Positions 32,966 to 45,327 of a stretch of 64,000 bases of DNA are shown here, piece after piece (positions within the stretch are counted from its first letter, which is position 1; each line of letters starts with the position of its first letter). A program made the position numbers and the translations under genes. The notes beneath the pieces were generated by a model. That model did not search any database and was not told where the DNA came from. It saw only the letters and a program-made list of their open reading frames with translations. Origin of the DNA: Paramoeba atlantica (taxonomy: Eukaryota > Protista > Discosea); contig CDRNVI010000067.1 in NCBI GenBank assembly GCA_977017575.1, forward strand, positions 62,001-126,000. Reading direction: 5' to 3'.

Positions 32966-32967
32966 GC

Positions 32968-33585
32968 TCTCAGTGTTAATATCGTGTTAAAACCATTCTG
33001 AGTACAAGAGTAGACGGGGTAGGGTGATTTTTTGGGCTCCGAAAACAAGAATTTTATTGTTTTTGCAAATCCGTTTGGCTACCAAAAAATATCATATTTA
33101 ACATTCAGTAGTCAATGGAGCCACCATTTTTGTCCCGCAGCTCTTGTAATCGAGTTGGGAGGCTGTTTATTGCTGTTTTTTCCAGCAAGCATCTGTCGAA
33201 ACTCGTCAGTATCACAGGTGTTTTCGCGTGTGTACTTCTTTCGCTCTACATCACCCGTTTCTTCAAAACGCTTAATGTAGCGCGATACAGAAGTGTGTGA
33301 ACAGTTCATCATTTGAGCTGTCTCGCGCAAAGAGGCCCCTTGATCCACCTCATGAGCGCAAACCACCCTAGTGGCATAAGATGTTTGCTCCGGCGAAAGC
33401 TGGCGACGATTTAGACGGCATCTTTTCCCCATTTTCGACAAAAATCAGATCAAACAGACAAAAGAGGGACTTTTTCTTGTATTTTTGCATTTTTTGGGGA
33501 TGAATTTTTCGTATTTTTTGTACCAAAATTATTGGTTTCGGAAAATTGAACAGGTGTTGGTTTCAACACGATATTAACACTGAGA
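32968..33585 (-). mobile_element. Tc1/IS630-like deletion derivative retaining the HTH fragment (33112-33441)
   Basis: 28-bp TIR TCTCAGTGTTAATATCGTGTT(A/G)AAACCA. The ORF has GASLRETAQMMNCSHTSVSRYIKRFEETG. Confidence 0.8.
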
Positions 33586-33605
33586 TCTGCAAAATGCAAC
33601 AAAAA

Positions 33606-33903
33606 TTAGCCAAAAAGGCCGCATAGGCCAAAATTGGCAGGTGCAACAGGACCGCTCAATTTGCATAATCTGCCCCCGCTACTCGAGCATCTAGATTGCC
33701 AGGATAACAATTTCACGGGTGTTATATGTTTAGAGAATTTTCCAGAATCGCTTCGGAGTCTTTCTATAGAAGGCAACTCTGACCTTAACATTGAATTCGA
33801 CGTTTCCAGCTTTCCAAAGGGTTTGGTAGAAATAGGCGTTAAGGGCACGCGAATATCTTCAGAGGATGAAGAACGTCTTTTTCCTTATGCACCACTGTTT
33901 TAG
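33606..33903 (+). pseudogene. 3' fragment of an LRR-family gene
   Basis: LPPLLEHLDCQDNNFTGVICLENFPESLRSLSIEGN. The leader and cap are missing next to the inserted elements. Confidence 0.7.
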
Positions 33904-35642
33904 ATAGATTTCATGGCATACGATTATTTACCTAATTCTCGGTGATCATAAAGAAGGAAGTGATGTAGTAAATCAAGAATAAGATTAATTTATGGTATTA
34001 ATAAGATTCATTTATGCTTTGTTACTAAAAACATTTTTCATTTTTTTATCAAGAATATTTGAATAGTGATATATCCAAACATGTGCAAGTCATATCTACT
34101 ACATATCGTACTATGTATTTGGAGTAATTTGCTAATGGTGATCATAAATTTATATTGGCCGGCTTTCATAAAAGGATAAGGCATAAAATGGTATAAAACA
34201 TTTTTGTACTCACGATTGGGCCTTTTCTCTTGTGTGGTACGCTTCGGCCGGGTGGGATGGAGGGCAACATTCCTGTGATTCTGTGAATATAGAATATCTT
34301 ATACTAGACATAAATTTATCATCATAAATTTATCATTATTCCTGTTTCGTAGAAGCACGCGCGACATGGTTGACAGCACATACGCCTACGAAATCGTCTC
34401 TTAGTTTTTGCGCCTAGACCACCCTTAAGCATCGTCATGAGATGTTGCGCCATTTCCTGTCCGCTAAATGCTTTTTTCCGTTTGTGGTACACAGGAAGTA
34501 AAACAAGGGATTGGGCACCGACGCACATGACGCTGATTACAGGCCGCCGTCCCGCAAAGTGTCGGCCACATTTCCGGAGCGACGGCGATATGAAGTTGGT
34601 TTTCGTGGTGTTTTTAATTGCGAAGCAGTTACAGCCGCTTGGCTGTATGAACCTACAATACTCCTTTCCACTGCGCCTGAAATTTCTCTTCGCTCTTCTG
34701 CCCCGTTCTGACGTCTTGGAGTCAATCTCTGACTCATAGAAGGCGGGTTACTCTCGGGATCGACGTGTTGCGAGGAATCGTTTGGCATGGAGGATCGAAC
34801 CCGCTTTGCAATCTGGCGGCGTTGCATATTGAAAAAAGGAAGCAGTAAAAGGATTTCTAGCTCATTTTAATCAGAATTGCTTCTTATTCACTTCATTATA
34901 TACTTCTTATTCACGTGGAGAGCCGATACATGCATTGTGATACCCAACCAGGTACACAATATAATATACATACGAAACATAATTGTACTTGTAAATGAAA
35001 GAGAAAAATGTTTAGTTGTGTTTAATGATGCTCAGTTTACTTGGAGCTGAGTCCAGGGTATGTAAATCGCTAGGTAGGCGAGAAATCTCTAGTTTACAGT
35101 TAGAAATGTTAGTCTGCAGTTTATAAAATATCCGTGTCTCTCTCCTCCCGGAGCGGTGCTCCCTGTGTTCCCGGAACAGAAGGAGAGGTATGTTCCCGGA
35201 ATCACAACGTATGAATGACCCACAAATTGGCTTTGCAGCAGCATGAATTAAAAAAAAACTGGTGCCTTGTCTTCATACATGGGGGCGTGATGTTTCTGGG
35301 GGGGTCTAAAAATTGTAATATTTGACCAATTTTGGAAAGTAATAGCGCATTCGAGAGCTCTTGGAAGGTATGATGCTGTCGCGCAATTTATTTCAACATA
35401 CAGGGGTGAAAACTTTCATCTGGCGGGGTCTAAAATTTGTAAAAACTTTTCAATTTTGTAAAATAATAGCGCATTCGAGAACTCTCGCGGAGTTGTATGT
35501 CTTCGTACTGGTAGCTTTTAACATATCAAAGTGGAACTACAAATGCCGAATAGGTCAAAAACTCGAATTGTCACTTGAAAAATGATACAAAAAAATTAAA
35601 AAATAACGTTTTCCCCCCCAAGAAGATTGTTAGTAACCCCTG

Positions 35643-36793
35643 TTAGTATCCGCAATGTGCGCCGTTCTTTTCTACAATGATTCTACAACGCTTTCTGAAG
35701 CTTTTTAGCGTATTCTCAAAATTAGATAGATATTAAGTTTATCATAGGAATCATGAATTGCGGAAAGTAATTGTTGTTGATTTTTGGGTTGAATTTAGTC
35801 CTTTGTCCCGTCCATTATTGACCAAAGATTTTCTATGGGGTTTAGATCAGGGGATCGTGCTGGCCATCGGAGCCAAGAATAACCCTTTTCTTGGGCCGCG
35901 GCACGAGCCTTATTATGTGCCGGGCAATTGTCCATCACTATTGTGGCCCGATGTCTCCTTAAATATTGGAACAGACCCCCCCTTTTTTTCATGGCTTCAT
36001 AAAAATTTTGTCCCTTTACAGTTACTTTGTTTCCTTGAGAATCATGGGTAGGAAAGACGTGTAAATGAAACCCATGCTTTAAGCTCACCCCCATCCAAAC
36101 CATAATACCTTCTCCACCATGATAGGGTTCTAATTCCCCTGTTTGTTCTTTGGGGGGGTCAGATTTTCGGCAAAGGTACGTGGGTCGGGCGGATCTTTTG
36201 CACGTAAATTTTTTTTCGTCGCAGAAAATAATATTTTCCAGCGCAGCGTCGCTCCACTGTAGCATTTCAGTGGCAAATTACACTCTGCGCTCCTTATGAT
36301 TATTAGATAAGAAAGGGGTCTTTAAAGCTGTTCTGAGCACAATTTTTTCTTTTGAGTTTTTCAACATGTTCCTTAGGGATGTTATTGAACATGTGAAGCC
36401 ACGTCGCTTTACCTCTCTCCAGAGCTCGCTCCAAGTGGAGATACCATAAGGGAGGTCACGATAAGCGTCATCAATAAGCTTTAAAGATACTTTCATAAGA
36501 TCAGAGGTGGTGACCCTAGGTTGACGCGTAGGGGATGGACTGGCCACGTCGTCAGTGCAATTAAATCTTTCCACCCAGAGTTTCGCAGTTCCCTCGTGGA
36601 CACCAAAATTTTGGGCAGTCCGGGAATAAGACTCTGTTTTCTCAAAGTCCGCCACAAAAAGCATCCTGTGACTTTCCTTAATCTTCCCTGGTGAGGCATA
36701 GGAGCGTGCGCTCAAAACACCACGGGAAGTCCTTGAGCGAACTGGCTTTTGAGACATAAAATGGGGAAAAACAAAAAATTGCCATATTTTCAC
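35643..36793 (-). pseudogene. Tc1-like transposase (DD32E), two in-frame TAA stops and a late frameshift
   Basis: HTH region, then IIFCDEKKF, IMVWMGVS, IVMDNCPAH and WPARSPDLNPIENLW. The two listed ORFs are in frame across one TAA. The Tc1-type tail (KRCRIIVEKNGAHCGY) follows a shift. Confidence 0.88.
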
Positions 36794-37042
36794 AGGAAAA
36801 AAAAATTATTTTTTTCTCGATTAGAGACGACCTAGTTTACGACATTAGCCATTGTTTTTTGTCTATTTTATAAATACGATAATATAAATATATTACTATT
36901 TTTATAAAATAGAATGTTTGTGTTTTTTATAACACTTTTTACAAATTGTATGAAAAACGACGGAAAAGGAGGAATACGTCAGCATTGTACAGCTAGCATT
37001 GAGTAGTTGAATATTATTTTGATTGCGTAAAAAGGTTGCTCA

Positions 37043-39352
37043 ATGAGCTTTTTGGTGACTTTCTTTTCTCCGCCACACCTCCTGTCGCTCTTGACATCTT
37101 CGAATATTTTATCACTAGCGCAACACCCACGAGATGTCAATTTTCTTGATATCTTCTTTGATACGTACGCGGAAGACAGCTGTGTTTGGATCCACATATT
37201 CTTCAGATTGTTTGCTGCCATATTTTTGTGTTTCTCTTGGATCATATATCGAAAATACAGAAGGAAACCAACGATTACCCGAACGAAGTTTTCTGAACGC
37301 CATTTTACGGAGAGCATATCCCAGTGTAGCGGAACGAATGATTGTGAATATTTCGATGTTGCTGTTGTTGTAGGCGGTCCTTTTTCACGATCTCCTCGAA
37401 TGCAATACCACACCCTATCTCTAGCTGAACATTTGCTAAAAAAAACGAATTCGGCTTCCCCTTGTACATATGTACCCACAACTGAATTCTTAAACAAGGA
37501 AATGTCAGGCCCCTTGGATTCCTGCTCATTGAAATCTGTACATAAATCTGACGAATCTGCTTGGAGGATGCAAAGTTTTGCGAATGTTTCTTCTCCCGGT
37601 TTGGTACATGTGATTGCCTATGACAGTCCACATCCCCCGTGTCGTGCCATACGTGATTTGATAGAGCAAAACCGCATTTGTATGCATCTGAAACCTTACA
37701 AATTTAAGATGTTTCGACCTCTGCAAAGCATTTTCCTTTCGCCAGGCAATCTTTCTCGCCTTTTCAGTTGCGCGTTGAGCCTATCAAACCGTTTCGCACG
37801 ATCCTCGACTTTGACCGCAAGATTTATTTTCACACCTGTGCGTGTTTTTCTAGGACTTCTTCTGGGTGTGATCACGGGACTTGTTTTTGTTACGCGCTGG
37901 ACCTACACAACCGTGTGGTTTTGTAAAACCATTTGGTGGGACCTTGCAAGATCCAGGCGGTATCCGGTTCGCTACTATGTCATACAAAATCCCCCGTTTT
38001 TCCCTTTTCTTCCCTTGTTGCAAATTCACGCCTGGGCCACAAAAGCGGTTTTGCTTGTGGACTGGCATAATCTAAGCCACAGTATTTTATATCAAAGAAA
38101 TCCGCCGCGTATGCTTTATAGAATCTTTCGACATTTCGAATACCGCTGGGGTTATGGTGACGTGAATGTATGTGTCAGCGAGGCATTGGCTGCACATTTA
38201 CAGGAACAGTTCGTGAAAACAAGAGAACGAGAAGGGGATAAACTTACGCCGCCTCGCATGGTTGTGTTCCGAGACTACGCGCCCAAAAGTGTGTGTTTCA
38301 CACGCAGAACCGATGCGCAGGAGAAACAAACGTTTTGGAGAGATTATCTCCCGGAAGCCGCGCTTTCTAAAAGGAAGAAAACAAACTTTTTCCCGTTTAT
38401 TTTCATAATGAACTGCAGTTGGGGTGTGGACGACGACTGGCGTCTTCTGCTCTCTGCACTTTACGAGCTCCAATGTCGTTTGTTATCGAGAAAAAACTCA
38501 ACGCTCTCGAGACACGGAGAAGAAGAGACGAATTCCGTAGTTTCCTGGTGTGTCATCCTTACCGGGGAAGGCCCGACTAAAAACTGTTTTTTAGAAACTG
38601 TAGAAAAAGAGTATCCCTCCCTGTGGCCTCATCTTTATCCGACTTATTTCACAAACTATGAAACGTACGCCCAAGCGGTGGGCAGTGCCGATGTGGGCAT
38701 CTGCGTGCATCGCAGTACCAGCGAAATGGATTTCCCGATGAAAATTTTAGATTTATGGGGCTGTGGGGTTCCTGCGATTGCGCTGGATTACCCCGCCCTA
38801 GCGGAGCGTATGCCAGCGAGAGCATCAAAGGGTATCGATTTGAATTTGAAAAAAAGTGAAAAACATAGTAAGAATTCATTAAAGTGTGACAAAGAAGATC
38901 AGAATTCTTTAAAAGAAAAACGAAAAACAGAAAACCCCATCGAATGCTTTGGAGGATGGCGTATTCAAAATGCGCACCAAATGGCCGACGTTATGCAAAG
39001 TTGTCTGATGCAAAGTAAGGACGTAAATAATCATCAAGGGGCGAAAAACACAGCACGATATTCGGTAGAGTTAGCAGCTTTAGAACAGCAAAACCCGTGG
39101 AATAAAGAAAAAGCTTTCATCGGGAACAAGCCACGGATTTTGATTTCTCTCGCGTTCTACTGGGTGAAACGTCGTGCGAATATTTTCCGTAAATTATGGA
39201 GGCGACGTGAGATCATGCTGGAAGACAGGTCGAGATGTAATGTGTCATCGGGCATCTCTTACAGAACGCTATGCGATCAACTTTGGAGTGAGTATGAAAA
39301 CCAGAGATGGGAGCCATATTGGAACGCGATAATAGCCCCCTTAATAGTGTAA
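37043..39352 (+). CDS. ALG1: Chitobiosyldiphosphodolichol beta-1,4-mannosyltransferase
   Basis: RSPRMQYHTLSLA, IQNPP, LVDWHN, VCVSEAL, CSWGVDDD and ADVGICVHRSTSEMDFPMKILDLWGCGVP match ALG1 signature segments. There is an N-terminal TM and several insertions. Confidence 0.9.
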   Translation: MSFLVTFFSPPHLLSLLTSSNILSLAQHPRDVNFLDIFFDTYAEDSCVWIHIFFRLFAAIFLCFSWIIYRKYRRKPTITRTKFSERHFTESISQCSGTNDCEYFDVAVVVGGPFSRSPRMQYHTLSLAEHLLKKTNSASPCTYVPTTEFLNKEMSGPLDSCSLKSVHKSDESAWRMQSFANVSSPGLVHVIAYDSPHPPCRAIRDLIEQNRICMHLKPYKFKMFRPLQSIFLSPGNLSRLFSCALSLSNRFARSSTLTARFIFTPVRVFLGLLLGVITGLVFVTRWTYTTVWFCKTIWWDLARSRRYPVRYYVIQNPPFFPFLPLLQIHAWATKAVLLVDWHNLSHSILYQRNPPRMLYRIFRHFEYRWGYGDVNVCVSEALAAHLQEQFVKTREREGDKLTPPRMVVFRDYAPKSVCFTRRTDAQEKQTFWRDYLPEAALSKRKKTNFFPFIFIMNCSWGVDDDWRLLLSALYELQCRLLSRKNSTLSRHGEEETNSVVSWCVILTGEGPTKNCFLETVEKEYPSLWPHLYPTYFTNYETYAQAVGSADVGICVHRSTSEMDFPMKILDLWGCGVPAIALDYPALAERMPARASKGIDLNLKKSEKHSKNSLKCDKEDQNSLKEKRKTENPIECFGGWRIQNAHQMADVMQSCLMQSKDVNNHQGAKNTARYSVELAALEQQNPWNKEKAFIGNKPRILISLAFYWVKRRANIFRKLWRRREIMLEDRSRCNVSSGISYRTLCDQLWSEYENQRWEPYWNAIIAPLIV

Positions 39353-39566
39353 AAAAACGTTTGTCCCGTTGAAGGATAACGAAATGTAAAATGGTAACGA
39401 AAAATAAGCTTCATCTTTTAAAAAGAGTGATGTATAGGAACTAAAGGAGGGAACTGGTGTTTAGGTCCCTTAAGGGTGTAAACCCGCAGTTTCTCAAATG
39501 AAAAAGCGAGACGAAGGCTTCATGTAAAGGTTGAACGCATTTCTTTGCCTAGAAGATTAAGTTTGT

Positions 39567-40415
39567 ATGTTCTCCATCGCTCTCTCTGGGACTGTGAAAT
39601 CGAGTGACACTCAACTCCCTACCAGTTCGCGGCGTGGTAAAGTTCGCGGCGCTATTCTCCCACAGCACATGCTGATGCGCCGATTTGTTGCTGAAATAGA
39701 AAGTCTGAAATTTACTGAGGGTGACGATGTCTGCACTTGGAACGGTGTTACTTGTAGCGATCAAGCCGAGGTTGTAGAGATCGATTGGTCATATGAGAAG
39801 ATGTTCGGAAATCTTACCTGGGAGTGCATACCCTCGACCGTTTTAAACGTGAATCTAGCGAGCAACCGTCTCTCGGGAGAGCTCCCCACGCGCGTGTTAC
39901 CGCCAATGTTGGAATATTTGAATATGCAAGAGAACCGATTCTTTGGACCATTTCATGCGACAGAACTTCCAAACGAATTAACCGAACTTTGGTCTGCAGG
40001 CACAGACTTTTCAGGGATTCTAGACTTAACTTCATTACCTCCTGTTATAAAGGTGTTTTCTGTTGTGAAAAATAATTTTGTGGGATCCATTGAGCTGACG
40101 TGCCTTCCGATGCCTTTGCGAAGTTTGTACCTGCAAGAAAACGCTTTTACTGGGCCTATTGATTTGACGAAGCTTCCACACGGAATGGAAATCTTGTCGC
40201 TTCATCAGAACAATCTTGTAGGTGATCTTGACCTGCGATGCCTTCCGACATCAATGACGAGACTTAATCTCCATTCAAATTGTTTTTCTGGTGAGCTTTA
40301 CGTGAACACACTGCCCAATTCGCTGACTGAAGTAAATATTCGTAGAAATATGGGCAACCTGTTGTTACCTTCCCCATTGTCGAGCCGTGTTAAAGTTGGG
40401 GGTAGGTTCGAATAA
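39567..40415 (+). CDS. LRR protein (282 aa)
   Basis: SRRGKVRGAILPQH leader, CTWNGVTC cap and about 7 LRRs. Confidence 0.88.
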   Translation: MFSIALSGTVKSSDTQLPTSSRRGKVRGAILPQHMLMRRFVAEIESLKFTEGDDVCTWNGVTCSDQAEVVEIDWSYEKMFGNLTWECIPSTVLNVNLASNRLSGELPTRVLPPMLEYLNMQENRFFGPFHATELPNELTELWSAGTDFSGILDLTSLPPVIKVFSVVKNNFVGSIELTCLPMPLRSLYLQENAFTGPIDLTKLPHGMEILSLHQNNLVGDLDLRCLPTSMTRLNLHSNCFSGELYVNTLPNSLTEVNIRRNMGNLLLPSPLSSRVKVGGRFE

Positions 40416-40574
40416 AAGGGTTTGTTCTCGAAAGTAGAGCTCTGATTAGTGATCATCTTTGTTTCTTGTTGTTGATTTTATTTAACAATTATTCGGTTTT
40501 AATAAAAGAAGTGCATAAAATTTATGCACTTCTGCGATGTTTCTGACAAGTTTTATCTGTCATTTTATCTGTGT

Positions 40575-40680
40575 AACATACGGACTGTGTACCACATGTT
40601 ATTCGTTGCGATTAATATACATTTTTCCGCAATGTACATTCTTTCGTTTGGCATTTTTTTGCGTAGTATCCTGTCCTTGG
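40575..40680 (+). pseudogene. 5' fragment of a subfamily C LRR gene
   Basis: Near match to 41080-41180 and 42310-42360, then homology stops. Confidence 0.6.
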
Positions 40681-41085
40681 AGCTTGTGACATTTATTCCG
40701 AACATGAGCTTTGTCCCACAGAGCATACGGCCAATGTACTCAGTGTTGAACCTTTAACGAAATAGAGATGTTTCCTAGGATACTTTACCTTACCTTCAAT
40801 GGCGCATGCGCACATTACAGACCATTTGGGATCCCCAAAAACCCAGAAAGGAAACCAAGTTGCAAGGGACACCAAGTCCCAGAAAAGACGACAACTTGCA
40901 AGAAAGATAGCGAGGACCCCGTTTTTCATAATTCTATATTAAGTAAGGCATGATTTTTTTCACAACAAAAAGGCCACAATTTTTTGTTTGCCTTTGGTTA
41001 TGTAATTGTGTTATCTGTGCAATATACACTGTAATAGTGTAATGTACACTGTATAACTGTGTAACATACAGACTGCCTGTGTAAA

Positions 41086-41991
41086 ATGCAGACTGCGTAC
41101 GGCATGTTATTCGCTGCAATTAATACACATTTTTCCGTAATGTACATTCTTTCGGTTGGTATTTTCTTGCGTAGTATCTTCGCAGAGGATAGAGAACGCA
41201 CCGTTCCGAGTTCGCGACGAGGAAAGGTTCGAGGTGCCATACTTTCTCAAGATATTGAAATGCGTCGCTTAATTTCAAACATAGTTGCGGAGTGCCACGA
41301 CATGTTTAAAGATAGTTCTGTATGTAAATGGAGCGGAGTGGAATGCGACAGCGAAGAGAAAGTGAAGAAAATTAGTTGGAGAAGGCAACGTTTACAAGGA
41401 AATTTAACGTGGGAGTACTTACCATCTACTTTGGTTAGCTTCATAGTTATAGGAAATCGTCTTACCGGACGTGTTCCGACCCCATGCTTTCCTTCAGAGC
41501 TCTCCTATATAGATATTGAAAACAACAAATTTAGTGAAAGCTTTGATGCGACTTCTCTTCCATTAGCGTTGACTACGCTTTGGTCCGCACATAATCGTTT
41601 CAGTAAATCACTTGACCTTACGAAACTTCCAAAAGAGGTAGAAAAAATCTCTTTAATGGGCAATAGGTTTGAAGGAAAACTAGATTTAACATTTCTGCCC
41701 CGTACGTTGTGCGAACTTTATTTGCAAAATAATGTTTTTGTAGGAACTATCGATTTGACGCAGTTAGCCCCTAACTTGCGGTCATTGCATCTTGCAGGCA
41801 ATGCTTTTGAGGGCGAACTCATTTTGCAAAATTTACCCGACGTTTTACAAGGGCTTTACATAGGAGGAAATCGGTTTGTGGGGTCGGTGAGTTTCGAAGC
41901 TCTTCCCTCATCTTTGCAGATTCTCAATATTCAAAACAACAAGGAGACCTTGAAATATTCAACACCTCTTCCACGCTGTGTTCGGATTTAA
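41086..41991 (+). CDS. LRR protein, subfamily C (likely start 41140)
   Basis: SRRGKVRGAILSQDIEM leader, CKWSGVEC cap and LRRs. Confidence 0.88.
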   Translation: MQTAYGMLFAAINTHFSVMYILSVGIFLRSIFAEDRERTVPSSRRGKVRGAILSQDIEMRRLISNIVAECHDMFKDSSVCKWSGVECDSEEKVKKISWRRQRLQGNLTWEYLPSTLVSFIVIGNRLTGRVPTPCFPSELSYIDIENNKFSESFDATSLPLALTTLWSAHNRFSKSLDLTKLPKEVEKISLMGNRFEGKLDLTFLPRTLCELYLQNNVFVGTIDLTQLAPNLRSLHLAGNAFEGELILQNLPDVLQGLYIGGNRFVGSVSFEALPSSLQILNIQNNKETLKYSTPLPRCVRI

Positions 41992-42317
41992 AGAACGATC
42001 GTTGAGATTTCTAAACCTTATTATGACGCCGAATCCATTTTTTTAAAGTACTATTTTCATGTTGTACAAGGGAATCTTTAACTCCAGAAACTTTAATTTG
42101 AGACATTTCGAGCAACTTCGAGTTAATTTCGAAAACTAACGCGTATGGAACTCACCTGATCAAAATTACCGAATAACTTGGGTATCCAGTGTTATTAGGA
42201 CGGAAACGTCCCTTTTGTTATTAGTCCTTTTTGTATTTCTTTAGTCCTTTGTATTTATTAGTCCTTTTTGTAATTAGTTGATAAAAGTTCCGTAGTACTT
42301 TTACCCGTTGCACCATA

Positions 42318-43169
42318 ATGCACATTCTTTCATTTGGCATTTTCTTGCGTAGTATCTTATCCGAGGATAGCGAACGCACTGTTCTGAGCTCACGACGAGG
42401 AAAGGTTCGAGGTGCCATACTTTCTCAAGATATTGAAATGCGTCGCTTCGTTTCAAACATCCGCACGAACCGGCGTGACATGTTTAATGATAGTTCTGTA
42501 TGTAAATGGCGCGGAGTGTATTGTAACGTTGAGGAGCAAGTCACTAGACTTGAGTGGAAAGCCGAGTCGTTAGAAGGTAAACTTGTATGGGAGTACTTGC
42601 CATCTAGCTTGCTTGGGCTCGACGTTGGCAAAAATCATCTTATAGGATGTGTTCCGATGTCATGTTTTCCTGCGGAACTCGCTCTTATAAGTATCGGAAG
42701 AAATACTTTTAGTGGAAGATTCGATGCGACTACTCTTCCGTTTGAGTTGAATGAGTTATGGTGTGCAGAAAATATTTTTAGTGGGCCACTTGATCTTACG
42801 AACCTTCCACAACAATTAGAGAGTATCTCTTTAATGGAAAACAGACTTGAAGGAAAAATAGATCTGTCACTCTTGCCGTCTACATTAACAGCACTCTATT
42901 TGCACGATAATTTCTTTGTAGGTACTATCGATTTGACACAGCTTCCGCGTGAGTTGCGTGCATTGTATTTGTCATGCAATGCATTTGAGGGCGTGCTGGT
43001 TTTACGAAATTTACCCAACGCGTTAAAAGCACTTTATATAGGGGGAAATCGTTTTGTTGAGTCAGTAAGCTTTGATGTTCTTCCGCCATCTCTGCAAATT
43101 CTTAACGTTGAAGGCAACAGGGAGCCCTTGAAATATTCAACACCTCTTCCACTCTGTGTTACAATTTGA
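42318..43169 (+). CDS. LRR protein, subfamily C tandem paralogue
   Basis: Collinear with 41140-41991 and shares the LKYSTPLP C-terminus. Confidence 0.88.
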   Translation: MHILSFGIFLRSILSEDSERTVLSSRRGKVRGAILSQDIEMRRFVSNIRTNRRDMFNDSSVCKWRGVYCNVEEQVTRLEWKAESLEGKLVWEYLPSSLLGLDVGKNHLIGCVPMSCFPAELALISIGRNTFSGRFDATTLPFELNELWCAENIFSGPLDLTNLPQQLESISLMENRLEGKIDLSLLPSTLTALYLHDNFFVGTIDLTQLPRELRALYLSCNAFEGVLVLRNLPNALKALYIGGNRFVESVSFDVLPPSLQILNVEGNREPLKYSTPLPLCVTI

Positions 43170-45327
43170 CGAATTGCAGTCTCAGAAGAGCAATGCATAC
43201 ATGGCTATATTGTATACAGTACTGTCACCCCCTTCACATGTCCCGATGAAAAGTACGAAAAATGGGATGATAAATCAATCAACAATTGAATAAAAATTGT
43301 TGAAATCATGAAAATCATCGTAAAATTTTTAGGTCACGTGATATTTTAAATCGTACGGTTGGACAAGTCATGTGGCATCAAGAGGTGCTTTTGGAAGAGA
43401 ACTCCACATCCAGGAGGTTGCCACGTAGCACTCATGAAGCCTCGCGCGTGTGAGGGGCTGCGGGTGACGACGTTTCACCCACAGGCCCGCATGTACGTTA
43501 CGCGGTAGGGAAGGTGAAGGAGATTCATTTCTTCTCTTTCATTCTAGGTGGACTGTGCAGCTAACCAGTGCCATCACGTGCCGTCGTGTGCCAGTTCATG
43601 CCAACTTACTTATGCTATGCTGGGAAAAATAAGAGAAACGATCTCTGTGTTGACCTCTGCTGTATGCATGACTATCATTGGATACTATGCAGTTATCCTG
43701 TGCCATCCTGTGCCATTTCGTGCCATCCTGTGCCATCCAGAGCGAAGATTTTTGGCACGATGACCACCTTTAGCGCTCGTCTTCATGTGGATCTTGGTAC
43801 CCGTTTACAAGAAAAGACGGGGTGGGAATCAAACTCAGAGAGGGAGTATGAAGTGTATGAAGAGGAAAAAATACGAATATATGAGGTAAAAGAAAATTAG
43901 AATTCTTCCAAGTAACAAATATTAGTACAAGTTTGTAGTCGCTCCAGTAAACGTGGTGGTTAACGTTTTTTTACATTACGTTACTTCTCTCCCATAAGTT
44001 CAAATGAGTTCATGTATTGGATCTGACTCGAGGATAGTGAGGTGAAGAGAATCAGAAGAAGCCGTTCTTTCCGTACAATTGAAAAGAAAATGAAAGAAGG
44101 TTTGCACAATGTCTTTGGCGACAAGACGCCTCCCTAGGAAAGTGTGCTTAACGTACAGCGTTCGCAAAAATTTGTGAATTTTTTATTGTGCGACTTTCGA
44201 AATTGTTGCACAATAAAAAGTTCACAAATTTTTGTTGCACAAATATTTGTGGAGATTTTCTTTGTTGAGGGAAATATAGGCGGTGTGGATAAATCCAATA
44301 CAATCCAAATCATTCCGGATTGCTCCGAACGGTCACTGGTAAGCCAGACCATTCACAGACAGATTTGGAACAGTAATGGTATGAAGGTAATTCGGTATGA
44401 ATAGTAGTGTATTGTGTGTGTATATTCGGACGTGTGATAAGTATTAATAAAATATTGCGTTTGAAAAGAAAGTTAAACACAAACGAAAAAGGAATTAGGC
44501 ACAACCATTCAGAACTGCTAAAGAGAACCAGGGGGAACTGCTAAAAACCAGGGGGGGTATGCTATCGGCCCTGGGTAACAATACCATACCCCCTCCGGTA
44601 TGGTACGAGCTCACAGGTATCCTAAACCGGACCCTTGTTTAGGTTAGAAAACAGTTTTAATTTTAGAATTTGAGCGAAACAAATTAAAATGAAATTCCCA
44701 TTTTTAAAAATGTTGCACAATAATAAATTTACAAATTTTTGTTTTCCTGTTTTTTGTTACACAAATAATTGTGTTGAGTGTAGAAGCAACATACGCGTTG
44801 CGCCTTGGCTCCATCCCACAGGAAACAATTTTTTTTTTCTGTGATCGTGACAATTCTTCGAGGTTTTTCGACGAGGAGAAGCGAGGACATTTTTTGGCCA
44901 GAATCGGCACGTTTGCATAATCGCAGTTGGCACATTGCTCTACTTCCACACTTCATTCAGTGCTACTCTGCTTCAGTGTTTCGCAAGCACCGTCGTGGAG
45001 AACATAGTGTGAACGGTATAACTTTTTCACAGTGAACGCAGAACAGAGCAGGGATAACGTCACCTCCAGCCCGAACGCTTTCAGCCATGTCAATATTTTG
45101 GAGAAATGAAACCTACTACACTTATTTTTAAAATTACAATTTAAAACGCGCTTATAAACGCAGAAGCCATTCACACTCAGTAGAATCAATTTACAAACAC
45201 CAATTCAATAGCTTCATCCCATATTCTATATTTTGTTTTCTAAGGATCTGCTTAGGAGGATGAAGATTCCTAACAATAGACTCGCCATGCCATCCTGTGA
45301 CATCCACAGAGAGGGTAAACTTGCACA

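Noticed and set aside
34322-34827. Two adjacent minus-strand ORFs (96 and 68 aa)
   Set aside because: They are short and frameshifted with no recognisable motif, so they cannot be supported as a gene.
36278-36280. In-frame TAA/TAG codons as evidence of stop-codon reassignment
   Set aside because: They occur only in TE and LRR copies that mostly have other lesions, and they are one transition from CAA/CAG/TGG. Long host ORFs read through with the standard code.
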